The notes below the pieces were generated by a model, which saw only the letters and a list, made by a program, of their open reading frames with translations, was not told the origin of the DNA and did no database searches. Position numbers and translations under genes: made by a program. From Desulfuromonadales bacterium (lineage in GTDB: Bacteria; Desulfobacterota; Desulfuromonadia; Desulfuromonadales; SZUA-540), in NCBI GenBank assembly GCA_033549025.1, contig JAWSUS010000010.1:28892-92891 (forward strand): 64,000 nucleotides of DNA, read 5' to 3'. Shown piece after piece: positions 51,258 through 60,890 of this stretch. Position 1 is the first letter of the stretch, and each line of letters opens with the position of its first letter.

Positions 51258-51763
51258 TGTACGACGACGAACAGGACTATGCCGGGCCCAGCCGCTCGGC
51301 CAAGAAGAGGGCCGCCAAGGCGGTGGAAGAGCTGGCCTTGGAAATTTTGGAGCTTTCACCGGCACAGTTGGAAAAGCTGCCGGTTTCCGACCAGATTCTC
51401 GGCGAATTGCGCAAGGCCCGGCAGATCAAGGCTCATGGCGCCCGTAAGCGGCAGGCCAAGTTTCTGGCCGGCCTCCTGCGCCGTGACGAGGACGCGCTCG
51501 AAGCCCTGCGCCAGCACATGGAGGCGCTCAATCAGGTTCACTACCAGGATCAACAGGTTTTTCACGAACTGGAGAGCCTGCGGGACCGCCTCTGTGATGC
51601 CGGTCAATACCGGGCCGCTTTGCAGGAAGTGAAGGACCGCTATCCGGCCCTGGATCAGGATCTGATCGCCCGCCTCGCCGTTCAGGCCCAGGCCGGCCAG
51701 GACAAGCGGGCCTACCGGGAGATCTTCAAGCGCCTGCGTCAGGCGCAGGAACAGGGGGAGTAG
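51257..51763 (+). CDS. darP: Ribosome biogenesis factor YjgA/DarP (DUF615)
   Basis: SRSAKKR, ARKRQAKFLAGLLR, ELESLRDRL, AYREIF. Confidence 0.85.
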   Translation: MYDDEQDYAGPSRSAKKRAAKAVEELALEILELSPAQLEKLPVSDQILGELRKARQIKAHGARKRQAKFLAGLLRRDEDALEALRQHMEALNQVHYQDQQVFHELESLRDRLCDAGQYRAALQEVKDRYPALDQDLIARLAVQAQAGQDKRAYREIFKRLRQAQEQGE

Positions 51764-51768
51764 AAACG

Positions 51769-51798
51769 CAGAAGACCCGCCATCTGGCGGGTCTTCTG
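51769..51798. terminator. Hairpin between convergent darP and trxA
   Basis: CAGAAGACCCGCC-ATCT-GGCGGGTCTTCTG, perfect 13-bp stem. Confidence 0.75.
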
Positions 51799-51826
51799 GT
51801 GAAAAGCAGGAACTTCGTGTTTTGGT

Positions 51827-52156
51827 TTACAGGGCCTTTTTGATCAGGCTCTCGAGCTGGTTTTTGGGAACGGCGCCGACGACCTGATCGAGCACCTTGC
51901 CGTCCTTGAACAGGATGATGGTGGGGATGCCGCGCACCCCGTACTGGCCGGGGGTAGCCGGATTCTCGTCCACGTTGACCTTGGCGATCTTGACCTTGCC
52001 CTCATACTCGGCGGCCAGGCCGTCCACAACCGGGGCGATGGCTTTGCAGGGGGCGCACCAGGAGGCCCAGAAGTCCACCAGTACGGGGACGGAGGATTTC
52101 AGGACTTCACTTTCGAAGTTGTCATCGGTCAGTTGCAAAACCTTATCGCTTGCCAT
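51827..52156 (-). CDS. trxA: Thioredoxin
   Basis: VDFWASWCAPCK and GIPT; start ATG52156. Confidence 0.95.
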   Translation of the reverse strand: MASDKVLQLTDDNFESEVLKSSVPVLVDFWASWCAPCKAIAPVVDGLAAEYEGKVKIAKVNVDENPATPGQYGVRGIPTIILFKDGKVLDQVVGAVPKNQLESLIKKAL

Positions 52157-52262
52157 GATAAATTCTCCTTTGGATATATTTAAGAAAATCTCAGATACAT
52201 CACACAATATAAAACACTGAGACTAAAAATCAAGACCGAAAGTTTCCCCCGCCGGGTCAGCC

Positions 52263-52291
52263 TTGACAGCCTGGGTGGCGGAGCCTATGAT
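52263..52291 (+). promoter_or_regulatory. Putative sigma70 promoter of the SIS/heme operon
   Basis: TTGACA-N17-TATGAT. Confidence 0.7.
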
Positions 52292-52320
52292 TCGGATTAA
52301 TTTTTTTCGAGAGGCGAAGC

Positions 52321-52899
52321 ATGCAGAGGCAGGAAAAAATTGCTCAGGCCGTGCAGGATCATGTGCGTGTCCTGGAAAACAGCTTTGAACGGCAGAGCGA
52401 TGAGATGACGGGGTTTGCCGAGAGGGTGGTGGAGACCTTCCATCAGGGCGGCCGCCTGTATGTGGCCGGCAGCGGGCCGCTGGCGGCTCTGGCCAACCTG
52501 CTGTCCAGCCTCTTTCTGAACCGTTTGAACCTGGAGCGTCCGTCGCTGCCGGTGCTGTCCCTCTGCAATGACGCCACCCTGGCTCTTTCGCTGGCCCGGG
52601 ACGGACAGTCCGCCCAGTTTCTGTCCCGCCAACTGCGGGCCCAGGCCGAGGAAGGCCATATCCTTCTGGTGCTGGCCGGCTTTGATCGGGATCCTCTTCT
52701 GGACGAAGTGCTCAAGACGGCCCGTCAGATGGAGTGCGTCATCGTGCTGGCCGCCCCCGAAGGTTCGGAACTGCTCAAGGATGCTGCCGACTTTTTTTTC
52801 CGGTTCGACTGTTCCTCCATCTCCCGTCTGATGGAAGCCTATCTGTTTTTTGGCGACCTGCTCTGTGAGTTGGTTGAGGGCGAGCTCTTCGGTTTCTGA
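52321..52899 (+). CDS. GmhA/DiaA-like SIS-domain protein (degenerate)
   Basis: Size and ERPSLPVLSL, FLSRQLRA and LCELVE segments resemble GmhA; the catalytic motifs are not conserved. Confidence 0.72.
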   Translation: MQRQEKIAQAVQDHVRVLENSFERQSDEMTGFAERVVETFHQGGRLYVAGSGPLAALANLLSSLFLNRLNLERPSLPVLSLCNDATLALSLARDGQSAQFLSRQLRAQAEEGHILLVLAGFDRDPLLDEVLKTARQMECVIVLAAPEGSELLKDAADFFFRFDCSSISRLMEAYLFFGDLLCELVEGELFGF

Positions 52900-52936
52900 G
52901 AAGCCGGCCCCGCCTTTTTTTCGCCAAGGAGGCCTG

Positions 52937-53605
52937 TTGCCCGACTTCCCCGTTCTTCTCCAACTCGCCGGCCGTTATTGCGTCGTCGTCGGCGGCGGCT
53001 CGGTGGCCCTGCGCAAAGGGGAGGCCCTGATCCAAGCTGGCGCCCGCGTGCGCCTGATCGCTCCTGAGATTCAGGCGGACAAACCGCTGTCGCAGTCCGT
53101 CGAATGGGTTTGCCGTTCCTACCTTAAGGGCGATCTGAAAGGCGCGTATCTTGCAATTGCAGCTACGGACAATCGGCGGGTTAATACTGAAATCCTAGAG
53201 GAAGCAAGAAGTTGTGGGGTTTTAATCAATGTGGCTGACGCCCCGGAAGATGGGGATTTCACGATGCCTGCCGTGGTCCGACGTGGCGATTTGACCCTCT
53301 GTGCCGCCACGAACGGCAGGAGCCCGGCGCTGGCGGCGGTCGTACGGCAGCACCTGGACGAAAGCTTTGGTCAAGAGTGGGGTTTGCTGCTGGAGATTGC
53401 GGCCGCCCTGCGGGGAAAGCGATTGACAGCCGCAGGACAAGATAAGTACAGTCAAGAGGTTTTGCGTCAACTCATCGAAGAGGGACTGCCCGCCCTGCTT
53501 GCCGCTGGCGCCACAGAGGCGGTCGACAGACGGCTGGAAGCGGTTCTCGGCAGGGGATTTTCCCTCGCCGAGCTGGGCATCACGTTGCCGAAAGGAATGC
53601 CATGA
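52937..53605 (+). CDS. sirC: Precorrin-2 dehydrogenase / sirohydrochlorin ferrochelatase (SirC/Met8-like)
   Basis: VVGGGSVALRK, IAATD, NVADAP, GRSPALA; TTG52937 after AAGGAGG. Confidence 0.88.
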   Translation: MPDFPVLLQLAGRYCVVVGGGSVALRKGEALIQAGARVRLIAPEIQADKPLSQSVEWVCRSYLKGDLKGAYLAIAATDNRRVNTEILEEARSCGVLINVADAPEDGDFTMPAVVRRGDLTLCAATNGRSPALAAVVRQHLDESFGQEWGLLLEIAAALRGKRLTAAGQDKYSQEVLRQLIEEGLPALLAAGATEAVDRRLEAVLGRGFSLAELGITLPKGMP

Positions 53606-54438
53606 GCGCCAATGTTCTGCTCTATAAAATAGCTCTGCTGTTTTACCTGGTTGCGACCATCCTGTTTTTTGTCGATGTTATTGGCCGCAAGGAAAACATC
53701 GGCAAGATCGGCCGCTGGGTTCTTTTTGGCGGCTTTGTTATCCACTGCGCGGCCCTGGTGGCCCGCTACGTGGAGGCTGGCTACACCCCGGTGGCCAATC
53801 TGCATGAATCCCTTTCCTTTTTCGTCTTGTCCATCGTCGGCATCTTTCTTCTGTTCGACCTGCGTTACCGCTTGACGGTTCTGGCGGCTTTTGTCTGCCC
53901 TCTGGCTCTGGTGCTGATGATTGTCGGCGGAGCGGTTCCCAAGGCGGTCAGGGAGATGAACCCCATGCTCGACAGCTGGTGGTTCCCGGTGCACGTCACC
54001 CTGGCCTTTCTGGGGAACGCCGTTTTTGCCGTCGCCTTCATGGCCGGCATCATGTACCTGCTGCAGGAGCGCATGCTTAAGAGCAAAAAGTTCTCCAGCC
54101 TTTATTTTCGGCTGCCCTCCCTGGGCACGCTCGACGCCATCAACTACAAATGTCTGACCTTCGGCTTTCCCCTGATGACCATGGGGATCATATCCGGCGC
54201 CATGTGGGCCAACGCGGCCTGGGGAACCTACTGGAGCTGGGACCCCAAGGAGACCTGGGCTCTCATCACCTGGTTCCTGTACGCCGCGCTGCTGCATGGG
54301 CGACTGACCGTGGGCTGGCGAGGGCGCCGTGCGGCCATTTTCGCCATCATCGGCTTTTTGTGCCTGCTGTTCATGTTCCTCGGCGTCAATCTCTTTTTGT
54401 CGGATCTGCACAGTTTCCGTGCCTTGGAGGGCCGGTAG
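53602..54438 (+). CDS. ccsA: Cytochrome c biogenesis protein CcsA/ResC family
   Basis: WWD motif WANAAWGTYWSWDPKETW; conserved His residues. Confidence 0.92.
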   Translation: MSANVLLYKIALLFYLVATILFFVDVIGRKENIGKIGRWVLFGGFVIHCAALVARYVEAGYTPVANLHESLSFFVLSIVGIFLLFDLRYRLTVLAAFVCPLALVLMIVGGAVPKAVREMNPMLDSWWFPVHVTLAFLGNAVFAVAFMAGIMYLLQERMLKSKKFSSLYFRLPSLGTLDAINYKCLTFGFPLMTMGIISGAMWANAAWGTYWSWDPKETWALITWFLYAALLHGRLTVGWRGRRAAIFAIIGFLCLLFMFLGVNLFLSDLHSFRALEGR

Positions 54439-54462
54439 CCCTGGGGCGAACCGGAATGCATC

Positions 54463-55776
54463 ATGAATATCCTAGTTGTCGGACTCAGTCACAAAACAGC
54501 CCCGGTTGAAATCCGTGAGAAGGTCGCTTTTGCGCCTACGGCCATGGAGGCACCCCTGCATGCCCTGCTGGCCCTGCCGGGCATCAACGAAGGGATCATC
54601 GTCTCTACCTGCAACCGGGTCGAGCTTTACGCCACCAGTCGGGATGCCGATGCCGGCATGGCCCAGCTCAAGCGCTTTCTGGCCGAATTTCATCGCCTTT
54701 CCCTGGAAGAACTGGAGCCTCATCTCTACGATTATCGAGGGGAAGAGGCCATCCGCCACGTCTTTCGCGTCGCCGCCAGCCTCGACTCCATGGTGATCGG
54801 TGAACCGCAGATTCTCGGTCAGATCAAGACGGCCTACGGCTATGCCTCCGAATTCAAGACCGCCGGTCTCATCCTCAACCGCTTTCTGCACAAGGCCTTC
54901 TCCGTGGCCAAGCGGGTGCGCACCGAGACCAATATCGCCAGCAATGCCGTCTCCGTTTCTTTCGCCGCCGTGGAGCTGGCCCGGAAGATTTTCAGTTCCC
55001 TCAACGACAAAACGGTGCTGATTATCGGCGCCGGCGAGATGTGCGAGCTGGCCGCCCGACACTTCGTCAACAACGGGGTGACGTCCGTCATGGTGACCAA
55101 CCGCACCCTGGAGCGCGCCGAAAAGCTGGCGCAGGAATTCAACGGACGCGCCGTCGCCTTCAGCGAATTCACCCACCACCTGCACCAGGTCGACATCATT
55201 CTCACCTCCACGGGGGCGCCCGACTTCATTCTCAGCCACAAGCAGGTGGAAGAGGTCATCCGTCTGCGCAAGAACAAGCCGATGTTTCTCATCGATATCG
55301 CCGTGCCAAGGGACATTGATCCGCGTGTCAACGATATCGACAACATCTATCTTTACGATGTGGACGACCTGCAGGGGGTGGTGCAGGCCAATCTGAAGGA
55401 GCGCCAGAAGGAGGCCAAAAAGGCCGAAGCCATTATTCAGGAGGAAATCGGCCAGTTTTTCCAGTGGCTCTCCTGTCTCGATGTGGTCCCGACCATTGTC
55501 TCCCTGCGACGGAAGATGGAAGAGATCCGCCAGAAAGAGATGGAGAAGACCTTTGCCAACCTTAAACATCTCGGCGCGGCGGAGCGTAAGGCCATCGAAG
55601 CCCTTACCGGCGCCATCATCAACAAGATCCTGCATCAGCCGACGGCCGTGCTGAAGAATGCCCAGAACGGCGAAGGCGACAGCTGTGTCGATGCCGTCAG
55701 AACTCTTTTCGGCCTGGAGTGTCCCAACCCGGAAGGTGAGATGCTTCGGCTCGACAGCCAATCGAAAGAAGATTAG
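54463..55776 (+). CDS. hemA: Glutamyl-tRNA reductase
   Basis: [36 protein letters not shown]. Confidence 0.97.
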   Translation: MNILVVGLSHKTAPVEIREKVAFAPTAMEAPLHALLALPGINEGIIVSTCNRVELYATSRDADAGMAQLKRFLAEFHRLSLEELEPHLYDYRGEEAIRHVFRVAASLDSMVIGEPQILGQIKTAYGYASEFKTAGLILNRFLHKAFSVAKRVRTETNIASNAVSVSFAAVELARKIFSSLNDKTVLIIGAGEMCELAARHFVNNGVTSVMVTNRTLERAEKLAQEFNGRAVAFSEFTHHLHQVDIILTSTGAPDFILSHKQVEEVIRLRKNKPMFLIDIAVPRDIDPRVNDIDNIYLYDVDDLQGVVQANLKERQKEAKKAEAIIQEEIGQFFQWLSCLDVVPTIVSLRRKMEEIRQKEMEKTFANLKHLGAAERKAIEALTGAIINKILHQPTAVLKNAQNGEGDSCVDAVRTLFGLECPNPEGEMLRLDSQSKED

Positions 55777-55852
55777 ATTTAACCCTTTTCCGGCAGCGGT
55801 CTTCCGGCTGCCCCGGGTGGACGAACTCCCCCGGCCAAGGAGACTTTAGCGT

Positions 55853-56815
55853 ATGGCCAAAAAAGTACTGCGTATCGGAACCCGCTCCAGCCAGCTGGCC
55901 TTGTGGCAGGCCAACTGGGTCAAATCGGAACTGGAAAAACGCTATCCCGGCCTTGAGGTCACCCTGACCAAGATCAAGACCCAGGGCGACAAGATTCTCG
56001 ATGTCCCCCTTGCCATGGTGGGCGGCAAGGGCCTGTTCGTCAAGGAGATCGAGGAAGCCATGCTGCGCGGCGAAATCGATATCGCCGTTCATTCGATGAA
56101 GGACGTGCCGACGATCTTTCCCGAGGGTCTGGCCCTGCGCTGCATCACCAAGCGGGAAGACCCCCGCGATATCTGCGTCATTCAGGCGGGCTGCTGTTCT
56201 TTCCGCGACCTGCCCCAGGGGGCCCGCATCGGGACCTCGTCGCTGCGGCGCAAGGCGCAGCTGCTCCACCTGCGCCCCGACTTTCAGATGGTCGACATTC
56301 GCGGCAACGTGGAGACGCGTATCCGCAAATTGACCGATGATGACCTGCACGCGGTCATCCTGGCGGCGGCTGGCATGCACCGCCTCGGTTTTTCGGCCCA
56401 GATCAGCGAATATCTGCCCACGTCCGTGTCCGTGCCGGCCATCGGGCAGGGGGCGCTGGGTCTGGAAAGCCGTATCGACGATGCCGAGACCAATGAGATG
56501 ATCGATTTCTTCAATCATCCGGACACGGCCGCCGCGGTCATCGCCGAGCGCGCCCTGCTGCGCCGCCTCGAAGGGGGCTGTCAGGTGCCTATCGCCGGCT
56601 ATGGCGAGGTGCACGGCGACACCCTCACCTTCACCGGCCTGGTCTCCAGCGTCGACGGCCGCAAGTTTCTCAAGAAGACCGTCACCTGCGCCGTGGATGA
56701 TGCCGAGAAAATCGGCATCTCCGTTGCGGATGACCTGCTGCTGCAGGGGGCCGACAAGATTCTCAACGAGGTCTACAATCACGAGACGTTCAATGTCGAT
56801 CGGGAAGATGTCTGA
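55853..56815 (+). CDS. hemC: Hydroxymethylbilane synthase
   Basis: GTRSSQLALWQ, GGKGLFVKE, VHSMKDVP, GTSSLRR, GGCQVP. Confidence 0.97.
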   Translation: MAKKVLRIGTRSSQLALWQANWVKSELEKRYPGLEVTLTKIKTQGDKILDVPLAMVGGKGLFVKEIEEAMLRGEIDIAVHSMKDVPTIFPEGLALRCITKREDPRDICVIQAGCCSFRDLPQGARIGTSSLRRKAQLLHLRPDFQMVDIRGNVETRIRKLTDDDLHAVILAAAGMHRLGFSAQISEYLPTSVSVPAIGQGALGLESRIDDAETNEMIDFFNHPDTAAAVIAERALLRRLEGGCQVPIAGYGEVHGDTLTFTGLVSSVDGRKFLKKTVTCAVDDAEKIGISVADDLLLQGADKILNEVYNHETFNVDREDV

Positions 56816-56840
56816 ATCCGGTTCTCCGCTGAATCTTCCG

Positions 56841-56862
56841 GGGGCGCAGCATGCTGCGCCCC
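56841..56862. repeat. Perfect 22-bp palindrome, REP-like
   Basis: GGGGCGCAGCATGCTGCGCCCC in the hemC-cobA spacer. Confidence 0.55.
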
Positions 56863-56887
56863 TGCCTGTTTGCGAAGGGCTGTCCCG

Positions 56888-58408
56888 TTGAAGCCCGGCA
56901 TCGTCTACCTCATCGGGGCCGGTCCCGGCGACCGCGGGCTGATTACCGTGCGCGGTCTCGAATGCCTGCGCCGGGCCGACGTGGTGGTCTACGACTATCT
57001 GGCCAATCCCGCCTTTCTCGACGAGGCGCCGGCCGAGGCAGAGCACCATTACGTTGGCAAAACCCGCGGCCGGCATCAGGCGCCGCAGGAAGAGATCAAC
57101 GCCCTGCTGGAGGCCAAGGCCCGCGAAGGCAAGACAGTGGCCCGGCTCAAGGGGGGGGACCCTTATGTGTTCGGCCGCGGTGGCGAAGAGGCGCTGCACC
57201 TGCACCGATGTGGCATCCCCTTTGAGATTGTCCCCGGCGTGACCGCCGGCTTTGCCGCCGCCGCCTACGCCGGCATCCCCCTGACCCACCGGGATTTCAC
57301 CACCAGCCTGGCCCTGGTCACCGGTCATGAGGATCCGGACAAGAAGATGTCCAGCCTCGACTGGTCGAAACTGGCCACCGGGGTCGGCACCCTGGTCTTT
57401 TACATGGGGATGGCCAACCTTCCCCTTATCGTGCGGGAATTGACGGCCCATGGACGTCCCGCCTCGACCCCCGTCGCCATTGTACGCTGGGCCACCACCC
57501 CCCGCCAGCAGACGCTTACGGGTACCCTGGATGATATCGTGGCGCAGGTGCGGGAGACGGGACTCAAACCACCGGCGGTGATCATTGTCGGCGAAGTGAT
57601 CCGTCTGCGCGAAGAACTGCAGTGGTTTGAAAACCGGCCCCTCTTCGGCCGGCGCATTGTCGTCACCCGCACAGCCGAGCAGGCCGGCGATTTCAACCGG
57701 CTGCTCGAAGAGCAGGGCGCCCTGCCCATCGGCTGTCCCGTCATCGAGATCGTTCCCCCGCAGAACTGGCAGGAGATGGATGCGGCCATCGCCGGCCTTT
57801 CGTCCACCGACTTTCTGGTGCTGACCTCAGCCAACGGCGTCGACATTTTTTTCGGCCGGCTGCGCCAGCTCGGGCTCGACCTGCGCGCCCTGGCCGGCGT
57901 CAAAGTCGTTGCCGTCGGTCCCAAGACGGCGGCCGCTATGACAGCCTGCGGCCTTCGTCCCGACCTGGTGCCGGCCGAATACCGGGCCGAAGCGGTGGTT
58001 GAGCTGCTGAAGCAAGAAGGTGTGGCGGGAAAGCGCATCCTTTACCCTCGCGCTGAAAAGGCCCGGGACGTGCTGCCCCGCGAGCTGGCCGCGGCGGGTG
58101 CCGAGGTGGTGGCGCCCGTGGCCTATCGTACCCTGGCGCCGGCTGGCGCCGGCGAGACCATGCGCCACCTCCTGCAGGCGAAAGAGGTCGATGCCGTGAC
58201 CTTCACCTCGTCGTCGACGGTGGAGAACTTTCTGGCCCTGCTGGGGCCCGACGCGGTCGAATTGTTGCAGGACGTCACCATCGTCTCCATCGGCCCGCTG
58301 ACCTCGGCCACCGCCCGTCGCCACGGCCTGAACGTCCAGGTCGAGCCGCCGGATTACACCCTGGAGGGGATGGTGGCGGCCCTGATCACCTATTATCACC
58401 CATCGTGA
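56888..58408 (+). CDS. cobA: Fused uroporphyrinogen-III C-methyltransferase / uroporphyrinogen-III synthase (CobA-HemD)
   Basis: IGAGPGD, RLKGGDPYVFGRGGEE, then HemD motifs VVTR, TSANGV, AVGPKT, FTSSSTV; start TTG56888 is approximate. Confidence 0.94.
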   Translation: MKPGIVYLIGAGPGDRGLITVRGLECLRRADVVVYDYLANPAFLDEAPAEAEHHYVGKTRGRHQAPQEEINALLEAKAREGKTVARLKGGDPYVFGRGGEEALHLHRCGIPFEIVPGVTAGFAAAAYAGIPLTHRDFTTSLALVTGHEDPDKKMSSLDWSKLATGVGTLVFYMGMANLPLIVRELTAHGRPASTPVAIVRWATTPRQQTLTGTLDDIVAQVRETGLKPPAVIIVGEVIRLREELQWFENRPLFGRRIVVTRTAEQAGDFNRLLEEQGALPIGCPVIEIVPPQNWQEMDAAIAGLSSTDFLVLTSANGVDIFFGRLRQLGLDLRALAGVKVVAVGPKTAAAMTACGLRPDLVPAEYRAEAVVELLKQEGVAGKRILYPRAEKARDVLPRELAAAGAEVVAPVAYRTLAPAGAGETMRHLLQAKEVDAVTFTSSSTVENFLALLGPDAVELLQDVTIVSIGPLTSATARRHGLNVQVEPPDYTLEGMVAALITYYHPS

Positions 58409-58468
58409 ACCCCGCCGGGCGGGATTTGCATCCATTATTTAACCGGAACCACAGCAAGGGAGGTTTTC

Positions 58469-59437
58469 ATGTTTTTTCCCGAATATCGTGCCCGCCGCCT
58501 GCGTCGCAACGCCAACCTGCGCCGGATGGTGCGGGAGACGCATCTGCGCGTCGACGACCTGATCTATCCCATGTTCAGCGCTTTCGGCAAAGGGATCAAA
58601 AAAGAGATCCCCTCCATGCCGGGCATCTATCAGCAGTCCATCGAGCACATCGTTGCCGAGGCGCGGGAAGTTCATGAGCTCGGCATTCCGGCGGTCATCC
58701 TCTTCGGCATCCCCGAACACAAGGATCCCCTGGGGCAGGACGCCTATGCCGAAAAGGGCATCATTCAGGAGACCATCCGCGCCATCAAGAGCACCGTGCC
58801 GGAGCTCACCGTCATCACCGACGTGTGCATGTGCGAATACACCGACCACGGCCACTGCGGCGTTATCAAGGACGGCGACGTGGACAACGACGAGACCCTG
58901 GAACTGCTGGCCGCCGAGGCCCTCTCCCATGCCCGCGCCGGCGCCGACATCGTCGCCCCTTCGGATATGATGGACGGCCGCGTTGCCGCGATCCGCGCCA
59001 TCCTCGACGCCAACGGTTTCGCCCACATCCCCGTGATGAGTTACGCCGTCAAGTATGCCAGCGCCTACTACGGCCCCTTTCGCGACGCAGCCGAATCGAC
59101 CCCCCAGTTCGGCGATCGCCGCAGCTATCAAATGGATCCGGCCAACCGGCTGGAGGCCTTCCGCGAGGCGACCCTCGACGTCCAGGAATGCGCCGATTTC
59201 CTCATGGTCAAGCCGGCACTGGCCTATCTCGACATTCTGCGCGATCTCAAGGAGCGCTTCGACCTGCCCCTGGTGGCCTACAACGTCTCCGGGGAGTACT
59301 CCATGATCAAAGCCGCGGCCAAAATGGGCTGGGTCGACGAGGAGCGCATCATCCTCGAGACTCTGCTCGGCATGAAACGGGCCGGTGCCGATCTCATCAT
59401 CACCTACCATGCCAAGGAGGCCGCCCGCCTCTTGTAG
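58469..59437 (+). CDS. hemB: Porphobilinogen synthase (Zn-type)
   Basis: [42 protein letters not shown]. Confidence 0.97.
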   Translation: MFFPEYRARRLRRNANLRRMVRETHLRVDDLIYPMFSAFGKGIKKEIPSMPGIYQQSIEHIVAEAREVHELGIPAVILFGIPEHKDPLGQDAYAEKGIIQETIRAIKSTVPELTVITDVCMCEYTDHGHCGVIKDGDVDNDETLELLAAEALSHARAGADIVAPSDMMDGRVAAIRAILDANGFAHIPVMSYAVKYASAYYGPFRDAAESTPQFGDRRSYQMDPANRLEAFREATLDVQECADFLMVKPALAYLDILRDLKERFDLPLVAYNVSGEYSMIKAAAKMGWVDEERIILETLLGMKRAGADLIITYHAKEAARLL

Positions 59438-59469
59438 GGGATGGCCCAAGGACGTGACCAACGGTTAGC

Positions 59470-59498
59470 AGGCAGCCCCGGGCGGGGCTGCCTTTTTT
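59470..59498 (+). terminator. Intrinsic terminator after hemB
   Basis: AGGCAGCCCC/GGGGCTGCCT stem followed by a T-run. Confidence 0.85.
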
Positions 59499-59563
59499 CC
59501 TGGACCGCCGTTCAGGGAGCATGAAAAGGTTTTCTTCGTCAAGGAAGGATTGCAGAGTAACTC

Positions 59564-60883
59564 ATGGTGAATGTGAAGAATCAGACCGCCAGCTCCGAAT
59601 ATCACCTCAGCACCCTGGCCAACGGCCTGCGGGTCGTGACGGTGGAAATGCCCCATCTGCACAGCGCCGAAATGATGTGCTACGTCGGCGTCGGCAGCCG
59701 CAATGAAGAGGATCAGCTTGCGGGCATCTCCCACTTTCTGGAGCACATGATTTTCCGGGGGACGGCGGAGTACCCTTCCAGTCTTCAGCTGGAGCAGGCC
59801 TTCGAGGCCATCGGCGGCGCCGTCAATGCCTCCACCGACACCGAGGGGACCTGCTACCATTCCCGACTGCATCCCGATTGCATTGCCGAAGGAGCCAGGC
59901 TCTTTGCCTCCATGCTGCTGCGGCCCCGCCTCAGCGACGTGGAGGTGGAGCGGCGCATCATTCTGGAAGAGGCCCTGGAAGATCTCAACGAGCGCGGGGA
60001 GATGATTGCTCCGGACAACCTGACGGCGCAGCTGCTCTGGCCAGGTCATCCCCTCAGCCGTCCGACCATCGGCTGCCGTGAGACCATCAGCGCCATTACC
60101 CCCGAAGATCTGCACGCCTACCATCGCCGCTATTACCATCCCGCCAATACGGTTATCGCCGTGGCTGGGCGGGTACGGCCTGGCGAGGTGCTGAGGGCGG
60201 TGGAGGAAGCCTTTGCCGACTGGCCAACCGCCGACCTTCTGCCCTACCTGCCGGCTCCGGCAGGAGGCGGGGAGACGCAGCCCGAATCGATCTGGATCAA
60301 GGATTCCGATTCGCAGATCAACCTGCAGCTGGCCTTTCGCCTGCCAGGACGCCATGCCCGTGAAGTGGCGGCCCTGCGGGTATTGCGGGCGGTGCTCTCC
60401 TGGGGGGGCGCTTCCCGCCTCATGCTGCGCCTGCGGGAAATGAAGGGGCTGACCTACAACGTCGAGGCCAATCTGGCTCTGCTCGACGATTGCGGCTGCC
60501 TGACCGTCGACCTGGCCGTGGCCCCCGACAACCTGACGGCCGCCGTAGCGGAGCTTTTACTGATTTTCGAGGAGCTTTGTCAGGTGCCGGTAGGCGAAGA
60601 GGAGCTGCAGCGGGTGGTGCAGAGCTATCTCTTCGCCCTCGATTTCAGCCTTGACCACACGGACGATCTGGCCACGCGCTACGGCTGGGGTGAACTGGTC
60701 GGTTGTGTGCGCACCCTGGCGGAGGATCGCCGCGAGATGCAGTCGGTGGGGGCGTGCGAGCTCAGGCAAACGGCCGCCGCCTTCTTCACCCCCGGCGCCC
60801 TCAAGCTGGCCGTGGTCGGCCCTTTTCGCGCCCGCGACCGCCGGGAAGTGGAGAAGATGCTCAAAAACTACCGTCAGGGCTGA
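59564..60883 (+). CDS. M16 (pitrilysin/insulinase) family zinc peptidase
   Basis: LANGLRV, GSRNE, HFLEH (HxxEH), NAST, ERRIILEE. Confidence 0.92.
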   Translation: MVNVKNQTASSEYHLSTLANGLRVVTVEMPHLHSAEMMCYVGVGSRNEEDQLAGISHFLEHMIFRGTAEYPSSLQLEQAFEAIGGAVNASTDTEGTCYHSRLHPDCIAEGARLFASMLLRPRLSDVEVERRIILEEALEDLNERGEMIAPDNLTAQLLWPGHPLSRPTIGCRETISAITPEDLHAYHRRYYHPANTVIAVAGRVRPGEVLRAVEEAFADWPTADLLPYLPAPAGGGETQPESIWIKDSDSQINLQLAFRLPGRHAREVAALRVLRAVLSWGGASRLMLRLREMKGLTYNVEANLALLDDCGCLTVDLAVAPDNLTAAVAELLLIFEELCQVPVGEEELQRVVQSYLFALDFSLDHTDDLATRYGWGELVGCVRTLAEDRREMQSVGACELRQTAAAFFTPGALKLAVVGPFRARDRREVEKMLKNYRQG

Positions 60884-60890
60884 GGCCGCC

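Noticed and set aside
51827..52156. WCAPC instead of WCGPC in thioredoxin
   Set aside because: Common natural variant.
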